A stretch of 64,000 nucleotides of DNA from Octopus vulgaris (lineage: Eukaryota): the NCBI GenBank assembly GCA_951406725.2, contig OX597832.1, positions 64,790,001-64,854,000 on the forward strand. The letters are read 5' to 3'. Made by a program: the position numbers and the translations under genes. Positions 26,402 through 40,070 of this stretch are shown here, in pieces (positions within the stretch are counted from its first letter, which is position 1; the number at the start of each line of letters is the position of its first letter). The notes under the pieces are model-generated. The model saw only the letters and a list, made by a program, of their open reading frames with translations. It searched no databases and was not told the DNA's origin.

Positions 26402-27309
26402 TAGATAAGTAGATAGATAGACACAAACACATAATTATATATATATATAGCCATTGTTGGATAACGATCTGGAAAAGACTACTCCATACAAAAAGTAAAG
26501 TACAGTAATATTTTAAGCTGTTCCAACGTAACAGACCACTGAACAGGCTTAAATCTACACTGTTGAACTTTAAATGTGTATAACATAATCTGACTTGCAT
26601 GAAACGGATTCAATCTTGCCTCAGTCCTTAAGTTGTTCATCATTTTATCAACCATAAAAGAATTGATGAAAGATTCTACATAGAAAGGGTTTGAGTTGTG
26701 GTAAGGCCAGAGTCGATGAACTCGAACCTAGTAAAACATTGATGGGCTCCACTTGGCCGTGTTGGTGTTACTCACCCTTTATATTTCTGCCGTGGCTTTT
26801 ATTTTGGCATAATCTTCAAAACGTTTACCCAGATGCTTTTTTTTATAAATATATTTTCGGCTTCGTAATTTCTAGTTCAAATCTTTCTGCCACGCATTCT
26901 TCTGGGATCAGTAAAATTATACTCAAGTAATGAACCAAGATTTAATCGAGAAACTATTCCTGTTCGTATTTTTTATTCATATTATTTCATATAACTGTTA
27001 TTCAGAGTGATAGGTTTATAGTTGGATTACCGTAGTCATCGTGGTGTTGATTATTATCTCTGTTGTTGCTATTCTGTTTTCTTGGAATGGTTGTCATTAT
27101 TTCTTTCCTGCTTGTTCTGAAGTTCATCGTATGTGATGTCAACTTTAGATTTTTGAATGCCATCGTTTTGAAGTTATTCCTTTATACTTGTTGTGTTTAT
27201 ATATATTTATGCCAAAAAGCAATGTTGGCTTCAAGGTTTTTTTTTTTATACATAAAAATAAAACGTTCTGGAAATGTCAACACTTTTCTTGACATATATA
27301 TTTTAAAGT

Positions 27310-28300
27310 AAGGTGTTATGTGCAAGAGAACATCGTAAAGAAATAAAGAATGAAAGGTGAATACAAAGAAGGAAAGAAAGAGATGGAGGAAGTGAGAGAA
27401 TTCGTGGAATGATGTTAATGGTAAAGAATATATGAATAAGTAGTAAAACTTTAGATATAATGAAAGGAAAATAGTAACTAGTAAGAGATATATTGAAAGA
27501 AAGGATATAATAGTCAAAGGATCAGAAAGAGACAGCAACAACACAAACAAATATGAAGGGAAAACTTTTAGCTCAGCAGAATGAAGATATTTAGTTAAGC
27601 AGAATAAAAACTTCATGTAAAGAAAAATATAAGACAAATTTAGGAAATATCAAAGTAGACTGGAAAGATAAAAAAACAGTCCAACAAAACAAAAATATGG
27701 TTGTTTGAAGGAACGAAAGAATAATAAATAAAAGAACATGATTGATAAATAAGAGATATGTAAGAGAGAATAACGGCTTTTGGAGATGTAGGAAGGATAG
27801 AGAGGGTGAAATTTGTAAGAAAGTCGGATACGAAAATGAGAGATAGAGAGCTTGAAGGCAAATGAGATTACTTATTCATGAAGAATAGAAGAAAATACAG
27901 AAGCGTGAAAGAGGAAGGAAGGATGAAGAAACGAAAAGAGATATTGAAATGAAATAAGATGGAAAGATGAAGCTAAGGAAAATACGAGTGAATGTTTGAA
28001 AAAATACAATAACTAGATTATACAAAAAGTACAGTTTTAGAGAGGAAACATTAATAAAATGTATGAATAATGAAAATATAAATCGTTAGAAAATACATAA
28101 ATTGGGATAAGATCAATGACAAAATTAAAGAACGCCATAATGTAATAAAACAACGAAAAGAAAAAAGCCCCACCGAATTGTAATGTGGAAAGAAGAAAAA
28201 TGATTTTAAGGAAATCTTAATATGTAATAAAGAAAGATAGAAAGAAGCAAATAATGCATTAATTGAAACAAAGACGTAAAGAATTAGGGAAAATCCTTTA
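27310..28300. repeat. Purine-rich (A/G) low-complexity tract
   Basis: Strong A/G skew on + strand; produces F/L/S-rich spurious minus-strand ORFs. Confidence 0.75.
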
Positions 28301-29579
28301 AAAGGAGAAAAATACTACTTTTTCTCCAATTGCTTTCTCTTAGTAAAATAATCGTAAAATATATTTTAAAATTTCTTTGACATTCATAAAGTTCAAATAC
28401 ATATTTTTTTCAGAAGATTCATGTATGCACCCTACACTGCCCGCCCCTCCACTTTAAGCATGGACTATATATATAAATATATATATATATGGAATACGTC
28501 TCCAAATTAAAATACACACGTAAACACAGACATGCATATACACTGAAGCGCGCGTACAGACACACAGACACACACATACTTTCATACACAATTTAACACA
28601 CCTGATTGATTTTAGTTTACTTATGTATTATATCGATTTAATCAAACATTAATAGGAAGACAAAAAATATGCTTGCTCTTGCGTACTCTTGCGTAAATGG
28701 AGATCTATTTGTATCATTTGATTCCGTTAAGAAGCATTTTTTGTACCTATTTATCCGTGCTGTCTCTCTCTCTCTCTTTCTGTAAAGAAAGTACCGAATA
28801 GGTATATATATATATAAGCACATGTATATAGGTATAAACACACGTGCATATAGACAGTGTGTGAGAGGAGATTGACTATATGGCAATATGCTTCTCTGTG
28901 GTACACACAGCATGAGATTAAAGAGCAGCTTTCAATACAAAGGAAATATTCACAATGTGAAATTTAAATGTAAAAGAAAAAAGACATCAGATAACCACAC
29001 AACAAAACAAAACAACAATGATATTTTTTTTCGACTAAAGGGATATATTGTCGATTACATTCATATCTTTAACTTTGAAGTTAAACAGCTAGCATTTATC
29101 AAATAATAATTGTAGCTATTTAAAAACATTTCTACAATAACTGACACAATTACAATACTGCTTTATTTTTTGTTTTTTTTTAAACGGTGCAGTTATAAAC
29201 TTTAATTATGAGAGCTCTTATAATGGCAGCTGATATGTACGTCGGTTCTGAATGGTATGCTGTGTATAGAGAAACATGTATTTATGTTCTGTGCGCTTTG
29301 CTAAAAAAAAGAAATATTCTTTCTCCCATATTTCTCCAAAGCAGACACGAATCTCCTTCTTCTGTATTTAGAAAAGATAAATTTGGAAGCCATTTCTGTC
29401 TTTATAAATGTATTTAAATCACATACATAAATACGACTTGAAGAGCCGCTCAAATTTCTATCGCGACACGAAGTAAAACCAGAAAGAGAAGGCAAACTCC
29501 AAACTCAAATTATCTACTCAGTTTTGTTATTGTTCTTTTGTTCTTCTGCAACTGTCTCGATGATCTTAGAGTGGTCATC

Positions 29580-29870
29580 TTGCTCTTGTCTATACTTCTT
29601 TCAGTCATTAGATAGCGGCCATGCTGGAGCATCACATTGAAGGATTTTAGTCGGACAAATCCATGCCAGTACTTATTTTTTAAAGGCTGGTACATATTAT
29701 ATCGGTCTCTTTTGCCGACCAGCTAAGTTACAGGTACAGAAATAAACACACACAAACGACGAGCTTCCGCACAAGTTTCGTCTACCAAATTCCCTCACAA
29801 GATATTTGTCGATAAGGATCTATAGTAAAAAAAATACCTGTCCAAATTATTGCGCAGTTTGACTGAACCC
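29580..29870 (-). mobile_element. SINE family A, diverged
   Basis: ttcagtcattag..gcggccatgctggagca, atcggtctcttttgccga and tctaccaaattc.ctcacaag match family A in reverse. Confidence 0.8.
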
Positions 29871-31966
29871 ATCATGGAACAATGCATACACGGTTATGTA
29901 ACAAAGCATCTCGTACACCAATGCCAAGCAAAACATAAATATTCTCTACACATTGAAGCAGGGAGTAATGTGGTTTAATACACCTTACAACATAATCATA
30001 GCCATCGTTATGCTATAAAGCCATTTCTAATCCGACAACACTTCCAACCTAGGTAATGGTAATCCAAATTCTTTTATATTGATATCGCTATTGTTCCATT
30101 AATAATATTACTTCTCTTATTTGTTATCACATTCTAAAACGCAACTTTAAGTAAGTCTCACCACATTAAGCATTCAGTATAGAATTCCAGCTATCGCTTA
30201 GAGCAAATATCGGAGAAATTTTTATATCATTAACGTCTTCATAGAACCTTTGATAATTTATCAACCCCCATTATGTAAATGTCTTAAAATTAAAATATAT
30301 AATTTATAAAGAAATTCTTGATTTAAAAATAATAATCCTTTCGTTCATTTGAATCATTACCGATTTTTATTAAGAAAAATTAAATAAATTTAATGAAAAT
30401 GCTTAACAAAATTGATGAAGAATAAATTGTCAGCTATATTACATTGATGTTCTTGGAATATTTAATGTGAAATATGTATTTGGTAAATACTAGTTATTGC
30501 ATCAATATTTGGTTGGAAATTACATCGATTTAGCCTTAAGTTACTGAGTTCTTTCAAAGAGAGTTCACTAATAAGTCAGCACACTTAATGAAAATCCTTT
30601 CAGGTGTTGATCGACCATTTTGGATAACCAAAGAGACCGCTAGGAATCACTGTCGACCACTTTGAGGACCTTTAACTTAGAGCAACACCTCTCGTCAAAG
30701 AGATGGTTCCAGGACAAACTCTCATTATAGAAAGAAGAAATATATTTGACTCACCGCAAGCACGTTTAACCTTTAAAAACAGATTCTAACATCAAAAACA
30801 TTCATTCAAGTCGAATAACAAGTAATAATTCAGGTCTTTGTCTCAAATTGTTTCCAACAACAAAAGTGACAAATGTGTACTTGTATCAATAACGTAGCAA
30901 ACCCCATATAACAGTGGCACGACACTGTTATCAATTCTTTACTAAGACATTCACTAACCTAATACAAGCATTCATTGCTGGTATGAAACGTGTTGGCTCG
31001 GTCGTTTTAGTGCCGTCTATTTGCAGTCACTGATGTGTAATGACACGAGACGTTTTAATGTTTCTCTTGGTTTTATGCTTTTCGCCTTCTCTCCTCCACT
31101 CCTCCCTCTCTCCGTATGAAGAATGGAAGGTGTTTATGTGAGTCGTGTTCAGATCATAAATTGTCATAAATCTCTTTCCTCCTTCCATCCATCTCTCTTT
31201 GCATATGTCTATTTCTGCGTATGCACTTTCATCAAACAGGTCCAGTGTTCAGTTAGTCATACCAAATTGCCAGGGTCCAAACAGCAGCACTTATTCGTCG
31301 ACAGAACTAAAAGATTTCTTTACTGTTATAGAAGACAAAACATTGAAGACAACAACCGTCTTTTTGACACCAGGTGACACTCTCTAAGCATCCCTTGACT
31401 TGTTGAACGGTAAATCCAGTTACTTTCCCACACACTGTTGCATCGGAAGTAGCCGGAACCTAAATAACCTTCCTGATCTGTATTTCTAGCAAGCAATTGA
31501 GCAGTCTTGATATATAACTGTTCTTTAAATGTCGATAGAGTTAGCTAAAACCACGGTACTTACTCCACACAACGAAACCAACATCAGCGTGTATGCTTAA
31601 GCAGCAACAGCCGATGCTTTTAAATATGTGTATACAAAATTATTCTTAGTTCATCCATATACCATTGTCGTAGTCTTATACTTTAGTTATAAATGCAGTT
31701 TTCCATAGAATGTAGTGAAATACACAGGCGTAACATTGTGCATATTGTTGAAACTTACTTGCACTATCTCTAACACTAACTCGATAAATCAACCGCCTGA
31801 TTAGTGTGGAATGTTGAATCGAAGCTAATCGAACAGTTCTCGCGTAAGAGACAGATAAAACCTTATTAGTATAGAGATGTTAAATGAACGTTTAACAAGC
31901 AAACATATATGATCACATTCAGGATTTAACCGTGTACTCCGTCTTCACATGTATATATATAAATAT

Positions 31967-32023
<57 letters not shown>

Positions 32024-32499
32024 TTTCTTTTAAAACCTTTTGTCACTTTATGTTTTGAATATATCTCAGCTCATGACAGCCTCTGTATTTGCTGTAAACT
32101 AATCAACATGCAAGAATGTTGTTATTAGTACACTAAAATACATTAATATCATTCATATTTGTGCCAAAATAAATACAGTGCTTTCCCTTAAGATTTGCTT
32201 TTCATTTATTTAGAAAATTCGCTATTCAGTCAACAGCTTCACTGGGAATAAAGCAACATCAGTTGAAGATTTTCCAATTCACCATCGCTTTTTTTTTATT
32301 CCAAGTTGAAAAGAGGAGGAAGAGTAGGAAAAAATGTGTTTACTGACATAGTTTCTACTATTTTGTTAAACTACTGCAAACAGCAGTTTCTCTCTTTTTC
32401 ATTCACTTTCCTATCTGTGTGCTCACTGTCTTCCCCTATCTCTTTTCATTGTCAATTATATTTCTTTCACAACTAACTCTGCCATCTTTCTCTCTGTGT

Positions 32500-32560
<61 letters not shown>

Positions 32561-32710
32561 CATTTTCTTCATATTTACATGTATTCTTTCACATTTTGCT
32601 TTATTGGCATGAAACGCAACTAATGAGGTTATAAACACATGAAATTAAATATCTTAAAACACATTTACACTTACACACAAATGTACATAATGTGTAGTCA
32701 CAGAAATATA

Positions 32711-32754
<44 letters not shown>

Positions 32755-32755
<1 letters not shown>

Positions 32756-32930
32756 CTAATCCAAACGAAAACACAACGCGAGGGCGTGGAACAAGTATAG
32801 TGTTATTGGATGCACAGGAGAGAAGGAGAGTTTAACGTTTCCAGCGGAGCTCTTCGTCAGAAACATAGGAAGAGGAAAGATCCAAAGAAGGGAAGACGGA
32901 ATAAAAAAATCGCCAACGGTACACACGTGG

Positions 32931-32932
<2 letters not shown>
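32755..32932 (-). mobile_element. ~180-bp hammerhead-bearing element (same family as 7326-7500) inserted in (TA)n
   Basis: Minus strand 32830-32864 reads gttt-CTGACGA-a-gagc-tcc-gctg-GAAA-CG-TT-aaac. (TA)n on both sides. Confidence 0.75.
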
Positions 32933-32970
<38 letters not shown>

Positions 32971-33169
32971 GTGAATGAATTATCCTATGTTTATCGTCAG
33001 CATGGAAAATTGGTTTAACCGAAACCTGGGTAGCAAATTCACGTCAGAAACACGGTTGAAGCGACCTGTCCAAGGGTAGAAACTCCGGGTTCGTGTGCAG
33101 AAATTTGTGTGTTGTATATGAATAAATGAAAGAATGGAGACGAACGAAGATGTTAACAGAATTCCTTTA

Positions 33170-33251
33170 CTCTCGACATATGTTTCGAAGACAACAGGTT
33201 TTCATTCCAAAGGAATAAAGGGTGCATTGTGCAAGCTTCTCATCAGGAAAG
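33170..33251 (-). ncRNA. Type-I hammerhead ribozyme with extended stem II
   Basis: ctttc-CTGATGA-gaag...cttc-GAAA-CATATG-TC-gagag. Canonical core, 5-bp stem I (one G-U), palindromic stem III, GUC cleavage triplet. Confidence 0.8.
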
Positions 33252-33395
33252 AAAGGGAGCCTCTCTCGACAACAAGACATCTTTGACGTCAATTCTTCTA
33301 ACGGTTTTTTTAAAAAACACTCATTATCGTTTTGTTTACCATGTAGCCAGTCATCGAAATTTTTGTTTGTCTTGTTGCCGAGAGAGGCTCCCTTT

Positions 33396-33477
33396 CTCTC
33401 CCGATGAGAAGATTGCATAATGCACCCTTTATTCCTTTGGAATGAAAACATGTTGTCTTCGAAACATATGTCGAGAG
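33396..33477 (+). ncRNA. Type-I hammerhead ribozyme (U4C core variant) with extended stem II
   Basis: ctctc-CCGATGA-gaaga...tcttc-GAAA-CATATG-TC-gagag; perfect 5-bp stem I and a 5-bp base of stem II. Confidence 0.7.
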
Positions 33478-33495
33478 TAAAGGAATTTTCATTTA

Positions 33496-33497
<2 letters not shown>

Positions 33498-33541
<44 letters not shown>

Positions 33542-33728
33542 CATACATATATACATACATACATATATATATATACATACATATATATATATACATATAT
33601 ATATACATATATATATATACATATATATATATACATATATATATATACATATATATATACATATATATACATCTATATATATACATATATATACATATAT
33701 AAACATCTATATATACACATATATATAC

Positions 33729-33763
<35 letters not shown>

Positions 33764-33764
33764 C

Positions 33765-33849
<85 letters not shown>

Positions 33850-33891
33850 CATATATATATATGTATATATATATACATATATATATACATA

Positions 33892-33927
<36 letters not shown>

Positions 33928-33940
33928 TGTATGTATGTAT
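33498..33940. repeat. Compound (TA)n/(TACA)/(TATG)n microsatellite
   Basis: Directly visible. Confidence 0.95.
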
Positions 33941-33981
33941 GACCACAGCCTTAGGGATAAAACGTATAAAGGAATGCACAG

Positions 33982-34016
<35 letters not shown>

Positions 34017-34379
34017 ATCCATAGTTGCACTCCCCAGTTAGCATCACCTTTTTCATAGGGATATTTAGAAGAAAAGGCATATGTGTACGTACATTATATA
34101 CATGGAATATTATAATAAAGATGTGAAACTAATGAAACGACGATATCACATGGTGATAAGGATAATGGTGGCGATATTTATCACGATCAGGATTACAATG
34201 TTATTGAGGACGGCTCCGATGATTACCATCACAAAGGGGATATTTAAAGAGATGAACCTTTGTCGCTGTTAGAACTAGCAACATGATATGTACCAAAAAT
34301 GGGACATACCTAAAAACATTAAAGAAACAAGATTAAGGAGAAAAATTAGACAACGGGAAAATTATAGCAAGGCATGGGC

Positions 34380-35060
34380 AATAACTGGAGAAAGAAATCA
34401 AAGAGAAAGATAAGACCAACACTGGAAGTGGCTAAGGAAAGGAGATCCGAAAGGATGCATTGAGCGCTCAGGAACAAGCTCTGAGGACTAATTACAAGTT
34501 CCAAATAGATAAGAAAAGGGAATCACCACTTCGTAGGATGTGTGGTAGAAAAATCGAAACACTATTACATGTGAGTGGGTGTATCAAGCTGGACCAAAAG
34601 CACTACAAAAGGAGGTATGATAACGTGGCTAAGTTTGTTCACTTGAGATTGTGGGAGAAGTACGGTCTTGGAAGAACATGGAATATGAATAACATACGAA
34701 TATGACCGAGAAGGCGTCACTAAGAATGATAAGTATAAGATTTTGGGGGATTTTACAATCCCGTGTGACTCAGTGATTGATTCCCGAAGACCAGACATTG
34801 TTGTACTGGGTAGGGAGAAAAAGGAAACTAAGATCATAGATATTGCCATAACTTGGGACGTACATGTGGGTGACAAAGAGCTCGAAAATGTCGAAAAGTT
34901 ACTAAAACAGGAAATTGCAAGAATGTGGAAAATGAAGAGTAACTGCCATTCCAGTAATTGTTCGTGCTCCACTGGGAGCACGAACAACCAGCATTGAGAA
35001 ATGTAACGGAGAAACTGGAAGTGACATGATAGAAGAGCATGCTCTAAAAACGGCTCAGCT
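34380..35060 (+). mobile_element. Non-LTR retrotransposon 3' fragment, R4/Dong-like (zinc knuckle + restriction-like endonuclease), frameshifted
   Basis: Translations WKWLRKG, SAQEQALRTNY..RMCGRKIETLLHVSGC..KHYKRRYDNVAKFVH and GDFTIPCDSVIDSRRPDIVV..KIIDIAI match the CCHC + PD..D RLE C-terminus of R4-clade LINEs. Confidence 0.85.
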
Positions 35061-35254
35061 GTGGACAACGAAGATTTAGTGGTTATTGAGTGTTAAGTAT
35101 CTCCCACGACATTTAGTATCTACATATCAAGGCTTATGATTCGTGGAAAGAGACCCTGTGAGACCTATGACAACAGGTTGCTCCCCGCTCTCACAGAATT
35201 AACCAGAGCAAGTAAGTCGAAAGCTGTGACAAGTAAAATATAATAGTAATAATA

Positions 35255-35515
35255 ATGAACTCTCCTGCCGAAGCCGCGGTATGGTCGTTCAGCGTTTCCC
35301 GAACGACCAGCAGAAATGATTTGTTTATAGTGACGAAGTGTTCGTGTCACACATAAGCTCACTCTTTCTATCAAATCGACGTCGTCTGAACAGGTACACC
35401 GTGTGCCATGCGTCAGGTGCCCTAGTGATCGCACAACAACGCGAGGTGAAGTGCTTTGCTTATGAACACAACGAACCACCAGGTCCAGGAACTGAAACTA
35501 CGACCTCACGATCGC
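35255..35515 (-). mobile_element. tRNA-derived SINE with family-C-like head and a different tail
   Basis: Minus strand gatcgtgaggtcgtagtttcagttcctggacc..gttgtgttcataagcaaagcacttca resembles 11498-11570. Confidence 0.6.
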
Positions 35516-36728
35516 TTGTGATGATGACGATGTTTCCTTCGTTAATACTAAAGGTTAATTAAAACACTTGGGACGGTTTAGAACGAATGGAGGGTGAAAT
35601 AACCAAAGACATCTGAACAAAAGTTATGTAGCCGGAGTCGAATAAGAATCGGCAAAATTCGTGAAGACGGCTGTGCTGTGAATGCAAACAGATCAGGCAA
35701 TAACATCAGTAAGACTGAAACATTGATAAGTATAGAGATTATTTTTTTCTTTTGTAAGAAGGGAAAAAGTATTATTAAAGGAAATCACTAAACATACATC
35801 AAAACAGAAACGTGCGACAGGAGCAGCCAATAAATAACTAAATGAATGAAAATATAAAACAAAAGAGCAAAACATAAATTAGTGAAATAAAAAAAAAACT
35901 AAATATAAAAAAAATATTTTAAAAAAAGCATCGAAATACATTACAATAAAAGGAAACGAAGCAATTAATTATCTTCAGCGTATCGTTTTTGATTAGTTTT
36001 CGTATCCCCTGAAAGACGATCGAACAGATGCGATACACACTAGATTGTCTGTTTGTGCGTGTGTATGTGTATTATATACTCACACATACACAGTCACAAT
36101 CATACATATATATAGTCTGTCCCAGAATATTGTCAGGGTATTCCCATGCATACACACATATGCAGAGTCAGTACACGACCATGTGTATATGCATATGCCA
36201 TTACTGTGTGTGTGTACAACCCCACCACATATATATGTAGGTACATACATCCATATCTGTATGTGTGTGGTGTAGAATGCGTTTTTCTTTCATCTTCGAG
36301 AGAGCGTTACATCGCATTTGTGAGGTGATAAATTCGCATCTTATATATATTTATACACGCGCACACGTACACATTCACATAGCACACATATATATCTATG
36401 TGTGCCTGGGATTATACGTCGACATATACGATACAAATACCTACATACATCTGTTGATGAATTCCCGCGTATTTCAATACTTTTTTAGAACTATCTACAT
36501 GCATACCTATGTCATTTGTTTATTTATGCTTGTTTATTAATTTGCTGTACGAAAATAATTTGCTATCCAATTCCTTAAACTCATTAAATGCACAACACTA
36601 TCCAATAGGTTGTAGACACCTCTCCGATTTTAATGCCGATACATTTATCAGCGGAACAATAATAAATGCCAATATGTAAAAAAACACAACCATTATACAC
36701 GTACGTTATGTCCACAAATAAGCCAGTT

Positions 36729-36787
<59 letters not shown>

Positions 36788-37138
36788 CGTGTGTGCACGT
36801 AAAACACGCTTATACGGAGCAATGGTAGAAATTACACTGAATGCAATAAAGTAAAAAAGAAAACAATTGCGGTGCCATCTCTTTTATGTGTGTCTTTTAT
36901 TGATTCGTGAATCAACGTATATTCTTTACTTATTATATTCTCTTACAAACCTCAAATAATTGACAGTAACGAAGGAAGCAGTAACCTTATATGACTGCTT
37001 ATTCGCGCTCTCTGTCAAATGAAGTCCTGTAAAACGCTTCTTTGTTGCTGCATGCCACAATGTGCAGGTGTTTCTTTTCATCAATATTTTTAAAATGGGA
37101 TCAAGAGAAACCCCATCATCCACTTTGTGGTACGGACA

Positions 37139-37150
37139 TATGTATGTATG

Positions 37151-37184
<34 letters not shown>

Positions 37185-37267
37185 TGTATGATGTATGTAT
37201 GTATGTATGTATGTAAGTATGTATGTATGTATGTGTGTATGTATGTATGTATGTATGTATGTATGTC

Positions 37268-37303
<36 letters not shown>

Positions 37304-37331
37304 GCTAGCTAGCTAGCTAGCTATCTAGCTA
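37139..37331. repeat. (TATG)n-(TATC)n-(TAGC)n compound tetranucleotide microsatellite
   Basis: Directly visible. Confidence 0.95.
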
Positions 37332-37507
37332 TCCGTATGCATATTGCTAAATTAATAAAGGTGACACGTAAAATGCTTTAAACATTCATTACTTATGGAG
37401 AATAGTCTATGTGGTCATATAAACCTCCAACTGAAAAATGGGCATTTGTACGTCAGGGAATCACTTACTAATGTATATTTTCTATAGTAAATACACAGTA
37501 AAAGTAT

Positions 37508-37540
<33 letters not shown>

Positions 37541-38376
37541 ATACATACATACAAGCAGTTCCGTATAGCACAGTCATGTTATAGTGGCAAAAAATTTTAC
37601 AACCTCAGTGTAGGACAACTGCGAACCCAGTAGAGCGTAACATACAAAAGATTAACAGTCAGCAATAGCTCAGAAACAAGAGATCAAACATGTCTATCCC
37701 ATCTTCAGTAGCCTAATGGATATCCTTATGTTTTCGATACTTGCGCATTTGAATTCTATCCAGTGGTTTGAATGGTGTCAGACAGAACGCAGCCTGGGAA
37801 TTGATACAGAAGAGAGTGTGAGAATGCTGTGATACCAAAAATGTTGCAACCAATTAGAAATCATGCTCCTCATTAGCAAATACTGATTTAACTGTCATCT
37901 CACTCTTCAGATTTTCGATCGGTAATGAAAATTCGAGCAGGTGTAGCCAGTAGATATATAATTCTGAGCGGCGGCCGAATATTGTTGATAGGAAAAGTAG
38001 TAAAAGTCTAACCAAAAGACTGAACTTGGAAACAAAGTGTAGTTTCGAAAAGTTATTTGATCTTGATCTGCTTTGTTAGCAACAGGGAATTATATCTCCC
38101 TGGGGTTTGCATGCTCTTGAGAAGGAATCTGGAAATGTATAAGCTGCTCTGGCTTTGTAATGAAAAGTCTTGGTAGAAATATAAAGCATGGAAAATGCCA
38201 TGAAAGTTTTCAAGAGATTAAGTTTATCGTTTAAATATTTCTTCCGCGAAATTGTCAGAGTATGTCTTAATAATAAAACAAATTAATCTACATTATCATT
38301 ATTATTATCATTAATATTATTATTATTAATACTAGTGGTAGTGTCATCGTAGACTAAAGAAAGCAGAGGAGTAACT

Positions 38377-38602
38377 GTTTGCCTGTCCTTGTTTGTCCCC
38401 TCTGTGTTTAGCCCCTTGTGGGTAGTAAAGAAATAGGTATTTCGCCTCTATTTATGTTCTGAGTTCAAATCCCGCCGAGGTCGACTTTGCCTTTCATTGT
38501 TTCGGGGTCGATAAATTAAGTACCAGTTGCGTACTGGGGACGATCTAATCGATTGGCCCCTTACCCCCAAAATTTCGGGCCTTGTGCCTAGAGTTGAAAA
38601 GG
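38377..38602 (+). mobile_element. SINE family B, 3' half
   Basis: Similar to 19580-19787. Confidence 0.85.
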
Positions 38603-39582
38603 ATATTTTCTCGCTTTTTTAGACGAAAAAACCCTTTGTTGATTACCAGTTAATTTGGACCATAGTGTATTTTAGAACAATTTTTCAGATACCTAGTATA
38701 TCTTATTAGGAACTGAAGCCTTTTAGATTTTACTGCAAAATAACCAATTCCTCAGACAGACAAAGATATAAGCGGAGTGTCACTGCAAACCATTCATGAC
38801 AATGTGGGCGCATGTACTCAAAAATGGAGCAAGTGTTGTAGGCGCAGTCGGATGTCTGTCTCAGTAACGCTTAATATAATTCGATGAAGTGACTGCAAAG
38901 TATTTATGAGGATAGCAGTAGTTTGTCTACACTGATCTATATGGCTTTTGAAGGTACGTTCATATTGAATGTACGTTCGCACGTTCGGGTTGAAGGTACG
39001 TTTCAGCATATACTAATTTCTTAAGAGAATCTACTTTCTTCTTTTGGTTCTCTGTATTTCTAGAAAACATTTTCAATCGTATCATCTTCTGCAGGTAATA
39101 GAGATATACGCCCGATAATATTAAATGCCAACTTCTATAAAATGCCAGGAATATGATTAGGTTCCTTATCAATATAAAACAGTTTTATATTAGGTTGACA
39201 GGAGGGTATGAAAGTGTTTCGATTAATGTTTATGCTTGTCTAGCAAGGCGTCGATCCGTTGTTCGTGTTCCTTATATCCCTTATGTGAATCTACTGTTCT
39301 TTCCAGAAGGTTGTTTCATAATTTGCTTTCGAGTAATCAAAGAAACGGGCCAATCATGACCAGGGACAGACACTACTTTGGATCACACCACCCTTACCGC
39401 AAACAATAGCTTAAAATTTAAGAGAGCAGAGGTAAAGATTGAAAATAGGGATGCTGATAATATTCACTGAGATTAGAAGATGAATGGCAGAGATACTCCA
39501 GCGAAGTGAAAAGCTAATTTTGAATGTTCATGAATGAAAGACTAGAACAACCTTGCCAAGGAACACTGTCTATTGATCTATT

Positions 39583-39587
<5 letters not shown>

Positions 39588-39667
<80 letters not shown>
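39588..39667. repeat. (GA)n microsatellite
   Basis: Directly visible. Confidence 0.95.
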
Positions 39668-39670
<3 letters not shown>

Positions 39671-39936
39671 TACAGAATTAAGCCCACCATATAACGTGTT
39701 CAAAGATATATTCTATGTTTTAAGCATTCGAACCTGGCCCTTCCGATCCCTTCCCTCTCGCTTTTCATTCAGACTCCGATCTGGGTGTCAGCCACTTCCT
39801 TCTCTCTAGATTTCATGGATGGACAGAATAGTCATTGTCATTTCGTCTGTTTTTCCTCACCACTTCACATTTACTAGAAGATCAGCTGTGGCTTTGCTCG
39901 GAGAGAATTTTTGATCAATTGGTGAGGGTGCTGAAT

Positions 39937-40040
39937 AATGCTGATGACAGTTGACAAATGCTGATGAAGGTTGATAAATGCTTTTGAAGGTTGACAAATG
40001 CTGATGACTGTTGACTAATGCTGATGACGGTTGACTAATG
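39937..40040. repeat. 20-bp minisatellite x5 (aatgctgatgacggttgaca consensus)
   Basis: Five tandem units with small substitutions. Confidence 0.9.
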
Positions 40041-40070
40041 AATTATGTACTTATAAGTGTATGGATATAT

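Larger units (their letters stand above)
33160..33487. repeat. Inverted repeat with 120-bp arms (33160-33279 / 33368-33487) and an 88-bp spacer
   Basis: Arms are reverse complements with only a few substitutions (aattcctttactctcgacatatgtttcgaagacaac... / ...gttgtcttcgaaacatatgtcgagagtaaaggaatt). Confidence 0.95.

Noticed and set aside
39937-40040. CRISPR-like array
   Set aside because: Contiguous units without unique spacers, eukaryotic context and no cas genes.
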